Below, piece by piece: positions 1 to 10,758 of a stretch of DNA of 64,000 nucleotides. The stretch spans positions 16,740,001-16,804,000 of the forward strand of contig JBHGNT010000014.1 of assembly GCA_043228905.1 (NCBI GenBank). Reading direction: 5' to 3'. The notes under the pieces are model-generated. The model was not told the DNA's origin, made no database searches, and saw only the letters and a program-made list of their open reading frames with translations. This DNA comes from Azolla caroliniana (lineage: Eukaryota; Plantae; Polypodiophyta). Position numbers and translations under genes: made by a program. The first letter of the stretch is position 1. Each line of letters starts with the position of its first letter.

Positions 1-344
1 CCACGGAGGCGGAGTACATGGCGGCTGTTGAAGCCGGCAAGGAAATAATATGGATGAAGGACTTCATTAGAGAGCTCGGTATCCGACAGGAGGAGTACCG
101 ACTCTACTGCGACAGTCAGAGTGCAATCCACCTTGCGAAGAACGCGGCCTATCACTCCCGGACGAAGCACATCCAGCGAAGATATCACTGGATCCGGGAA
201 AGGATAGAAGACAAGGAGTTCGTGCTGACGAAGGTCCACACGGACGAGAACGGGTCGGATATGCTGACCAAGGTGCTCACACCCGACAAGCTGGAAGCAT
301 GCCGGAAGAGGATCGGATTGGAGAGACATCCCATGCCGAAGTGA
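1..344 (+). CDS. Ty1/Copia pol C-terminus (RNase H), 5'-partial
   Basis: TEAEYMAAVEAGKEIIWM..LYCDSQSAIHLAKNAAYHSRTKHIQRRYHWIRE..ENGSDMLTK is typical Copia RNase H; frame open to TGA at 342-344. Confidence 0.95.
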   Translation, partial: TEAEYMAAVEAGKEIIWMKDFIRELGIRQEEYRLYCDSQSAIHLAKNAAYHSRTKHIQRRYHWIRERIEDKEFVLTKVHTDENGSDMLTKVLTPDKLEACRKRIGLERHPMPK

Positions 345-354
345 AGGGGGAGTT
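345..354 (+). other. Polypurine tract of the Copia element
   Basis: AGGGGGAGTT lies between the pol stop and the TGTTGG LTR start. Confidence 0.85.
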
Positions 355-889
355 TGTTGGGATTACGGTCCCTTTCGGATGGGATGGTCGGATGTTGGAG
401 ATGAATGCCGACAAGCCCGGTTGCGGTTTCGGAACCGGATGATGAAGACCCCGGCTTCGGAGCCGGATGACGAATGTACCCGGAGAGAGATCCGGATGTG
501 GGGACATATCTGTGAATATGTTTGCCAAGGGCCCTTGAGGCTATAGTTGTAAATAGCCCCAAAGTCATATGTGTATAAATATGACTTAGGGCAAACAGTT
601 TTAATGTTGCTGATCATTTTTCTGTTTTTCCACTCAAGAGGAGTGAAGAGAGAGCAGCCGCGAGAGAGATAGAGCGTGAGAGAAGAAGAGGTCGACGCCT
701 CTGTGTATTTCCGCCGCCTGTGGCGAGGACAGCGAGCTCAAGGTCGTCGCCTTGCAGCTCGCCATTGTATACTTCTCTGTGCATAGTTTTGGTTCGGAGT
801 CGTGTACTCCCGTGGTTTTTCCCGTACAGGGTTTTCCACGTTAAATCGTGTGTCCATTCTATTTTTCGCATTTCCCATTTTCTGCAACA
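355..889 (+). mobile_element. Copia 3' LTR (~535 bp)
   Basis: Begins TGTTG right after the PPT and ends CAACA at 885-889; TATAAAT near 575. Confidence 0.88.
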
Positions 890-1151
890 ACGATTCGTGT
901 GTTTCCTTGGTTGTGGCCGAGAGGTGAAGTTTGGAAAGTGTCGATTAATTTTCCATCATAAAGTGATTGCCCTAAGTCATATTTATACTTATATGAACTT
1001 AGGGCTATTTACAAGTATGGCCTCAATAGGCTTACTCAAAACATATTTACAAATATGTCTTCACTTCCAGTTCTCACCAGGTCCATCCGATCCGGTTTCC
1101 GTATCTCTTCATTGATAACCTGATCCCATCCGGAGGGACCGATTTCCCAAC
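890..1151 (-). mobile_element. Older, related Copia LTR fragment in opposite orientation
   Basis: 965-1151 is a diverged reverse complement of LTR 355-600 (TGCCCTAAGTCATATTTATAC..GGGCTATTTACAA..CCCATCCGGAGGGACCGATTTCCCAAC). Confidence 0.8.
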
Positions 1152-1519
1152 TGGATCATCACCGGAGAAGGAGTCTGAGCCGCCATCGCCTCCTTCCAAT
1201 CAGGAAAAAGGTTCTTACCGATACTAGCACAGTACATCGTTGTGCTCTATCCTCCCCAAACGTCGATGCCTCGCCAAACATTAGCGCTTCCCGCTTCCCC
1301 CACTCAAGCCAAATGACAACGCCCCTTTAGTTGTCCCACTAGGAATGGCAGGACGACACACCAAACCCAACCTCCACTTCAACACAGGCAGAGAACACCA
1401 CGGAGGATACAAATAACATTACGATCCACGGTCACCATAGGCCCCTCACCCCCGCACCTAAACTGACTTCACCTCACTCTACCCCTAGCCCATGACCGGC
1501 CAAACAAATAGAAAGTCAA

Positions 1520-2660
1520 AAACCCACTCTGGAGACTTTCCAATCAATAGGACCCCAATTGAAAAGAAGTCGCGAGGAACGGACCACTCCAAAGAGGCCA
1601 GTCGCGAAACGCCGCCAAATCAACCGTCGCAGCGACGAACAAACGATACGTAGGTGATTGTCGTCCCGGACAAATCCATCACGATGGTTCCAAACACCAC
1701 GTTGGCTCTGAACAAACCAATTGAACAGGGCCAACAATCGCGATTTTCAGAAAATGAAGTGCTAACCTTCAAGAATCTTCCGGGGGAAGCATACATGCTT
1801 GATGCCATATTGCAGCACGGCACGACGTACGAACTCATCGACTTCCTAGTTTGTCTCCAAGTCGTTGTCGCAGCTCGCATGGCCCAAGAATACGCCGAGC
1901 AACAACTGATCGAAAGGGCATTAGATAACGAGCTGGCTTCGGACAATGAGCCAAAATTACGGAAGGTAGGACGTAAAAGAGACACAAAGAAATGACGCAC
2001 CCGCATTGAGCTTCCAGAGCTTAACACGACACTTGTGGAAACATATCGAGAATTGAAGAGGACAACGTGTGCAGCAAAAGACATGGCCGCCAACTGTAAA
2101 TTAGCGCAGCAACAAGAAAAGACCGCCACCGACTTGTGGAAGGCCTCCGAGACCCAAAAGACCAAACTCGAGCAACAGCTCCGAGGAATGGGTCACACCG
2201 TAGCACTCACTCTGCCTCCTCTCACTTCCAACCCACAAGAAGCATCGACCGAAACGGAGCTAGAAAATTGTGTCGAACTGGTCGAGATTGCCACTCAAAC
2301 CGACCCAACCACTCCTCGCGACCAAACAACGATAATGACAATAGCCACTCAAACCGAGGAAGACTTCAACATGACCATCCGCAACTATGAAGAAGACATT
2401 GCCCCGCATAAGGCACTTGCGGACAAGCCTAAAGAACACCACGAGCAAGCCAGACAAGAGGATGAGAGAATAAAGGAGTAGGCCGAAAAAAGGGAAGTTG
2501 AACTACAGAAACTACTCCACAATCGAACGACCCAGCTCCAGGAGGCCAAACACAACGTTGCAGCATCTCTTACATCCATACAGGACATCATTGCCGCACA
2601 AAGTGCCTCTCTCAACAAGGAGATCAGGGAATTGCAAGAACGCTCCAATCAGTTCCTGGA
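1520..2660 (+). pseudogene. Interrupted coiled-coil-like ORF of unknown type, probably a retroelement accessory ORF
   Basis: ORFs 1654-1995 and 2035-2481 are E/Q/K/T-rich and broken by stops; GC-richer than the flanks; no recognisable domain. Confidence 0.35.
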
Positions 2661-2666
2661 GAGGCC

Positions 2667-4760
2667 ATGTTCGTCTTCACAATAGTAGCAACTCCATCAT
2701 CCACTTTACATGAAGCGGACATTAAATTACCAGATAAATACAAAGAGTTGTCAGATGTCTTTGATAAGGTGAAGGCCAATACATTGCCGGAGCATCGGCC
2801 ATACGACTACCTTATTGACTTACAACCAAGGAAAGAACCTCCATGGGGCCCAATTTATAATCTCTCCCCTATAGAGGTAGAGACTTTGCGGGAATATATT
2901 GATGAGAATCTGGCAAACGGATTCATTCGACATTCTAGATCCCCTACGAGCGCACCTATCTTCTTCGTCAAGAAAAAGAATGGGACTCTTCAGTTGGTCG
3001 TGGATTATCGAGGGCTAAACAAAGTGACTATCCTGAATAGATATGCTCTACCGTTAATCCCAAATCTTTTGGAACGTCTCAGTGGAGCAAAATATTTCAC
3101 AAAGTTAGACCTTCGCGGTGCATATAATCTAGTTCGGATTCGCCCGAGGGATGAATGGAAGACAGCTTTTCGCACTCGCTATGGACATTTTGAGTATAAT
3201 GTGATGCCATTCAGTCTCACGAATGCACCTGCAGTTTTCCAACATATGGCGAATGATATTTTTCGAGATTTTCTCAATATCTTCACTATAGTTTACCTAG
3301 ATGATATTCTAATATACTCGAAGACCCAAGAGGAGCATGATGAACATGTTCGTCAGGTATTGTGTTGACTTCGAGAATATGGTCTCTACGCAAAATTAGA
3401 AAAGTGTAGTTTCACCCAGAATCAAGTGGAATTTTTGGGGTATGTTGTATCATCAAAGGGTATTGCTATGGACCCCATGAAGGTACAAGAAATTTTAGAG
3501 TGGCAAACGCCCCTTTCAATGTGCGACGTGCAATGTTTTCTCGGGTTTGCAAATTTTTATTGAAAATTAATCAAAGATTATTCCAAGGTCGTGCTTCCGC
3601 TCACTCAACTCACACACAAAAAATCAACAATTTAAAACAAGCGTTTACAACGGCACCTATCTTAGCACATGTCAACCCAACAAAATGCTTCCTCCTTGAA
3701 GCCAATGCATCCGATTTTGCACTAGGGAGTGTCCTATCGCAGATTCGATATGATGGACAACTACACCGTGTCGCCTTTCATTGCCGAAAGTTTGAAGCTG
3801 TAGAGATCAACTACGAGATCCATGACAAAGAACTTCTTGCAATTGTGGATTCTTTTCAACAATGGCGACATTTTCTAGAAGGTTCTTCTCAGCAGATCAT
3901 TGTTTACAATGATCATAAGAACCTAACATATTTTCAAAATGCTCGAGTCTTGAGTCGACGACAAGCTCGGTGGGCGCAATTTTTGACTCACTTCAACTTT
4001 GTCATCATATATCGCCCTGGGATGCAGCAAGGCAAAGCGGCTGCTCTTTCTTGGTGCTCTTATATGGAACTTCGTCCAGGGGAACCTGCATTCGAGCATC
4101 AAAAACAAATCCTTTTGTCCTAATCGCTACGATTAATGGTAGTTAATGCCATAACAATGCTTGAAGATTCCACTCTTCTTGATTCCATTCGAGATCGTAA
4201 GGCCACTGATGAATTCGCCAAGGATGTTTTGGATCATATCGTTCCGGATCGTGCTTCTTGCTCACAGTCAAAAAACTCTGATAATGACTATCGTCAGTTC
4301 TATTGGCATGGTGGTTTTCGGTTTTGGCAAAACCTATTGTATGTTCCTGATGGTCCCCCACAACTACAAGTTTTACAACATTGCCATGATTCACCAATGG
4401 CTGGTCATTTTGGAGTTCACAAAACTCTAGAATTAATTTCTTAACACTATTGGTGGCCCCTCCTTCGTCATTTTGTTGAGGAGTATGTTCACAGTTGTGA
4501 TATATGTTGTCGATCAAAGAGTCCTCGACACCGATCCTATGGCTTACTACAACCACTTCCCATTCCGGAAAATCCTTGGAAGTCTATATCCTTGGATTTC
4601 ATTACTGATGTCCCAATTTTAAAAGGTTTTGATGCAATTCTCACTGTGGTGGATCGACTTACCAAAATGGCACACTTCTTGCCATGTACGAAGTCTATTA
4701 CTAGTCAAGAGGTGGTCGATCTCGTTATGCAAGAGGTATTTAGGCATCATGGTCTGCCGA
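2667..4760 (+). pseudogene. Ty3/Gypsy (chromovirus/Tcn1-like) pol remnant: RT, RNase H, integrase N-half
   Basis: PIFFVKKK..VVDYRGLNK, KLDLRGAYNLVRI, YLDDILIYS; ASDFALGSVL, NYEIHDKELLAIV; CHDSPMAGHFG, DFITD..VVDRLTKMAHF; several stops and frameshifts. Confidence 0.93.
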
Positions 4761-5055
4761 TCAAGAAACCTCGGAAATGCGCCCTTGAACCATCAAATTT
4801 AGTTGGGTGGCTGATTTTGGGCTCCTTGATAATTCCTTGACCTTCGACCCTTTGTTGTCGTAAAACTATGATTGTCAACTCTAATTGTTCAACCCATCAC
4901 ATAAACTCCTCTTGTTGTTGTTGCTTCTCCATAGTAACCTTTTGTATATCTCCAAGTAGACGTTGATTCTCTAATTCAAGAGATGTGAACTTGGATTTAA
5001 GATTCTCCATTTTTGCAACAAGGGTGAGATATTCTTCTGAGTTGATGGCGGTCAT
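4761..5055 (-). pseudogene. Ty3/Gypsy gag N-terminus
   Basis: Manual translation from ATG at 5055: MTAINSEEYLTLVAKMENL..*..IKEPKISHPTKFDGSRAHFRGFL, the EPKI..P.KFDG.R..FRGF motif of sushi/Tcn1-type gag. Confidence 0.8.
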
Positions 5056-5065
5056 GGTTTCGTGA

Positions 5066-5418
5066 TGTTTATAGAGGATAAAGGGGAGAGAAATTTTGAA
5101 TCAAATTGTTAGAACCAAGAGAAAAGATAGAGTGACAGAAGAAAGATATAAAGATATCACAAGAAAAGAGGAATGAAATGATAAGGGAAGAATGAATGTA
5201 TTTAGATAGAATGAGAATGGATACAAGATAGGTGATGAGAGCTTAAGACTCGTGTTGATTCGAATTGATTTGAGAATATATGTGTGTCTCTATTTATAGG
5301 TTCCTATACAATAGCTTAGAGATTTCTATAATGTTCTAGAATGTTCTAGACCTAGAATATTCTAAGATATTCTAGGACATTCTAGAACATTCTAGAATGA
5401 TCCAGAGTTTTTATAATA
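5066..5418 (-). mobile_element. Gypsy 5' LTR upstream of the gag
   Basis: Plus-strand ends TGTTTATA..TTATAATA (degenerate TG..CA); TATA box on the minus strand near 5291-5299; TTCTAGA repeats at 5320-5400; boundaries approximate. Confidence 0.6.
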
Positions 5419-6074
5419 ATAATATATTATAAAAGTAGCTTTTATTTTTTTATATAACAATAAGCTATCTTCATGGTTAGGGTTTTCAATTATGGATTAC
5501 AAGGTCCTAGGTTCAAGTTCGGATGACGCCATAATGATCATGTGTTCATGATAGAGGTTGGCTAAAATGTATTTGTGTGCATTGGGAGAGGCTAACTAGA
5601 CAAATTGAAATATGCAATGTGCGTGTGTTTGATGTTGTTATAATTACATTATGGATGGTGTTGTTATCATTTTGACTCCTTGCATTGTGGAAAACATGAC
5701 AATGGCAATGTTGCAAAATCATTTTTTATCTTAAAAAAGCTCTAGTGTGGGACAATCCAAATTATGGAAAGGTTATGTGTTATAACATAAAAACATAGTT
5801 AAATATTTTGATGCACATTCTACTTATTTCCCATTCAAGTTGAGAAATAGAGACTATTTAAAATAACGAAGTCATGTTAATCTATTTATTTTTTAAATAT
5901 GAAGAGACCATGTTGTCTTATGTATGATATAAAAGAACTCCACAAGATCATACACATTTTTTTACAAACCCTAAGTTAACAAAAAAGACAACTAAATGTT
6001 CTATATTGTCGCCTGGACTATTATGCGCAACAAAACTATGTATTATTATTATATAATTTGACTGTTTACTGTTG

Positions 6075-6865
6075 TTGGTTCCACAAGTTTCCCTACCTCT
6101 TGGAATCAAAGATCCCGATTCGATCAAAGTACAGCCAGAATGGCACATATGTGCTCATGAAAACAAATGGCTACATAAGGTCAGTTGGAACCCTTTGCAA
6201 TGGACATGGCGTGATCCTTATGTGGCCCAAGGAAACAAAGTCATCCCCTTCTTCCATTCATGGCTACATTAGGTCGCCACATCCTAGTTGCTCAAACCAA
6301 TAGAGAACCAACTACTTCAAAGATATGGCACACATATCATTTTCCCCATACAACAACTGCCAAGTTTTAGATGCCATTATGGAAACAACATCAAGCTAAG
6401 TGAATTACCATGTTTCAATGGCTATTAATACATAGGTCATTGCCGATTGGAATGTGGCAATGTGGGATCCTTAGCTTTGCTAATTTTGTAGTGTGCCCCA
6501 ATGCAATAGAATCAATCCGACATGCTTTGTGGACTACCCATAGACCCATTGAATATGGCAAGGGGTTGGCCGACTATTGCAATTATGTCAGGTGCAAGGC
6601 ACATTTAAGTGGGGGAATGTATGTTGGTTTTCGTGGCAAGCCTCAATTGACAGACACCAACATCAAGAGGAGGGGATGACGTTGGTGATAAAGGCACAAG
6701 AGATCTCGTTTTCCACCACTGACAATATTCACTCAACTCCCATCAATGCCAAAGCTCAAGTCTTGTTGGAATTGGTCAACCCAATAACACTATGGACTCT
6801 CTAGAAACAACGTTGTTGGCGGGTCTTCTCCAATCAAACCATGCACCACGTGATGTTATTGAAAA
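6075..6865 (+). mobile_element. L1-clade LINE family A, 3' ORF2 fragment with a short inverted 5' segment
   Basis: DPDSIKVQPEWHICAHENKWLHKVSW, FQWLLIHRSL, CPNAIESIRHALW (zf-RVT) match the copies at 16.7 and 23.6 kb; ~6075-6116 is inverted. Confidence 0.85.
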
Positions 6866-9295
6866 CACAAGCATCGTTTATTTGGAGTTAAGAATAAGTG
6901 AACAATAGAAAAAAAGAGCTTGGATTGTGCAAGCAACAATATTAGAGGGAAAACATGGGTCCAAGTGACACAAAAAGCAAATGTTTGTTCAATTGCATAA
7001 AAAAAATGAGTTTTTTGTTTGGGATTAGAACTAAGATTCGCCCACCATATTAAAATTAAGATTTGAATGCGTAAAATATTGGCACTAAGGGTTTTGTATG
7101 CGTGTGTATTCGTGCGCATGCATCTTTGAGCATTCGTGCACATGCACATGTGTGTACGAATATGAACTTATGTGTCGGATTATTTTTAACCCCTCTAGGT
7201 CAACTCACATGATACTCATGTGATTAAGGAAGCATGTTTGTTCCCACTCAAAAGATAGAAACATGCTCAACATTCAAAAAACTAAACACGTTATTTTTAA
7301 AATATGAGTTATCTTAATTACCTTTCCATTTTATTTACATAAAACCAAAATTGTGGTCTAATTCACATCTTGGAGCAAACCCTCTTGATAGTTTTCTATG
7401 TCATTTAATGTTGCCACATAATATGGTACACATATACATAGTAATGTTGGTCCAAATTTGGTTAGCAAAGTTAGTTGAAGAAAAAGTTTGTGTTTTCTTA
7501 CATGTTATACATGCTAGTTGAGCCCTTTCTTGTTTAGCTGACATGTCCTTAATTCATGCCACTTGCATTATGTGTGGTTTCCATATGAAAATTTAAAAAC
7601 TTGACACATTTTACGAAACTTTGTGTGCATTTCACGAAGTCAAGTATGCATGAATATTCTGGAAACCAACGCATTCATGGGAATTTTGCTTTACCCAAAT
7701 GTTAGAACTAACACAAACAATAATAACATATGAAGGAAAGTTTGCGCCATTTCTCAAACCAAACAAATGGAGTATTGCTTTAGTTGTAAGGAAGTTTCAA
7801 CCATAGACCCAACTAATCCATGAACAATAATAAATATGCCACAACTCGAACCACTATTGTTATGATCAGCAACAAAGAATCAAACCAGTCACCAAATGAG
7901 GTTGTGAGGAATTGTATTCTAACAACGATTCACTATATATAACCAACTTCAATGAGTTAGCCAACTTTACATGCTCTTGATGTTTCTCATCAATGCATGC
8001 CACTTGCATGCTTTCTTGTCTAGTGTCATCAATTTCTTTCTTTCTTTCACCCAAAAATTCTTTGAATTTCTCATTTATGATGATATGTTGAATATCTACA
8101 TTCACCCAGGATACTATCTTTGATATTGAATGATTCATTGAATGTCACCTTCGCAAATGATCATGGCCTTGAACATGACATCATAGTGTTGATATTACTG
8201 TTGGTCGAAATTTGAGCTCATAGTCTCATCCAAGGAGTGAGAGTTGAAGTGGCGTAACAGTACTTTGAATACAAGTATTATTAGTTTTTAAAAGATCGAT
8301 AACAAGCTCTCATAAAGCTAATAATTAATAGTGCAATTCAGATTGAAAGTATAAAGAGTAAATAATATTATGAAAATGGATAGGACTTTGAAACTACAAT
8401 ACAATTTGGAGAAAAGAGTATATGTGAACATGAATAACAACATGTATTAATATTGAAGTATGTTCATCTTTCCCATCTCTAGGCAAGTAAAATGTGTCTT
8501 TAATCAATAGGCACACATATACACACATACACATCATTATCTCACCATATTCAACAAGCATTTTTTCGCCTAACCTTTAACAAGGTCATGTACCCTCTCT
8601 TTTCACAAATAATACAAAAATATTTTGTCCCTAGTTGACCCTGTCGATAATAAAAATTTATGTTTTTTGTCTATGACCTTACAAACCATGTTGTAAACAT
8701 CAATTTTCTCTTTAATAAAGTGAGAGGTAGTTAAGGATAGCTTTTTTCAAAGCCTTATAATACGATCTCCATTATTTTTTGCATTTCTACGAAGTGATAA
8801 CGTTTAGATAAAACAATAAAATACGGGATGCATGTTTGAGGTTATATTGCCCGTTTCATTCACACTTCCCAAAATAACTTGGCCAATGGTTCTTTACATC
8901 ATTTCATGGCAACTCATCATAAAAATCAATGAACTGAAACGCCCATTTGTTGTTGCAATGTACAAGTTTTACATGGTAAATTGTATCTCATTTTTGGGAA
9001 TCATATGAAAGAATCTTATCCCATTACGTTCATCTAAATATGATTCCCATGAAGATGCGAAACGACTTGTAATTATAAATATTGCACATATCCCATTCAA
9101 TCCTTTACGTTTTGACCTTGACGCATATAATAATAAATTAAATATGTCAAATCTCAATCTCTAAACTATTCAGACTTGTCGAAGCTCCAAAACCATTGAG
9201 AAGATTGAAGAACTAAGTTTAAATGACTATGGGGTTAATTATTGACATAAAAAATCTTAATTGTCAAGTAGTAACCACTAATAGTAGTAAATCCT

Positions 9296-9474
9296 TATTA
9301 TTGCATAGCTTGTAGCTTGTGTCCCACTTGTTTCTTATATGATATCATCTGTTTGATCAGATGTTGGTATTAGCCTTTGTATTACAATAGAGGTGAGATG
9401 ATATGTCTCCTTCTGTTTTCCATATGTACATTTCTCAAGTAATATACTAAGGTGTATCTTTCTTTCAAAAAAAA
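9296..9474 (+). mobile_element. Short 5'-truncated retroposon with poly(A) tail
   Basis: 16-bp TSD AATAGTAGTAAATCCT at 9280-9295 and 9475-9490; A-run at the 3' end. Confidence 0.75.
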
Positions 9475-10758
9475 AATAGTAGTAAATCCTAAATCTTGTA
9501 TCTTACAACCCTATTTTGAAATATTAATGCATTGATACTGAAATTATATCCAGGATCGCAAATCTCAATGATGCCTAATTAGTGTGGGGATGAGATCTAG
9601 GTTTCTTACTACTCCTTTTTGTTTTTCATTCAGACCTTAACTTTGTAAAGATAACCTTCTAACTTGACATAGATGAGTTCATTGTCATCATGTGTGTGAC
9701 TGTTTAGAGATAACGTTCTAACTGGACAAAGATGAGTTCGAGTGCACTTAAAGTTGATATGGACTCAAATGCTAATTCAAAAAACTATACGAAAAGAAAA
9801 ATGAAAGAGAGAAAGTGTGAAAGAGGGGTAAGTGGGAGAAAAGAGAGATGTGGGGATGTCCCACATATAAAAGAAGTACTTAGGGGAAATTTTAACCAAA
9901 GAGTGAAGAAAAGTTTTCTTGTAAATGTAATAGGAAAGAGGGGAGTGAAACATGTGAAACTTTTGGAAGTAGTGGGGAAGTGTCACATGTGCTAACTTTT
10001 TAAAAAGTTGTAAGGTTGGAAAGATTCACATCTTTAGAAGCCCTAGTGCTTAAGGGAAGGGACACATGCTCAAAGAGAATCATGCACTTTTGAGAAGGTA
10101 AATACACAATCTCAAGGGAAAGAACATGTGCTAAAATATAAACCTGTGATTTGAGAAAGTAAATATTGAATCAAGAGATACATGCATTGCTGAAGTAAAA
10201 AATGATTAATGAGCTACAATGAATGCCCAAATTCTTTTAACGGAGCTAAATGAGGGGGGAAATCACAAAGAGAAGAAATAACTATATAAGAGATGATAGA
10301 TGCCAATTTACTTCCTGAAATGTTGATATAAATTGTTAGGAGAGTATACCTAAGTTATTCGCAAGACATCTTCATAATTTTGCATTAACTTAATTTTCTT
10401 CTTTCTTTGAGGTCAAGAAGGGCCAACGTGATTTAGCTACCCTTTGTGATCAACCTTGTGAGGCTGAAGAGGATAGATGTTTCGATTGAGTGCCAATCTA
10501 AATGTTTCTTAATCTTCTCTAACTTAAACCCATTGCAAACTATAACCTTGTACCCATGTATGTTTCTGTCTTGTCATCAAGTTCTCTCCTCTGTTATCCA
10601 TAGAATAAACTCATTGCCACTTATTATGTTGTCCTCAAGTTCTCTTCTTTGTGACCCATCCATGTCCTTGCCTCATAATGTTAATTGCCTCTTTTGGAAG
10701 AAGATCCATGATGTCCTTTGCCTTTCAATCAACACTCTTATTCTGAAAGGTTGACTCT

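Noticed and set aside
5056-5270. Tf1-type self-priming PBS for the minus-strand Gypsy
   Set aside because: No complement of the post-LTR sequence found near the presumed transcription start
7866-8138. 90-aa charged ORF as a Harbinger/Myb-like gene
   Set aside because: No diagnostic motif, splice structure or TIRs found
9550-10740. Old LTR-element remnant, similar to 21400-21750
   Set aside because: Only short shared words and PPT-like runs; boundaries and class not supportable
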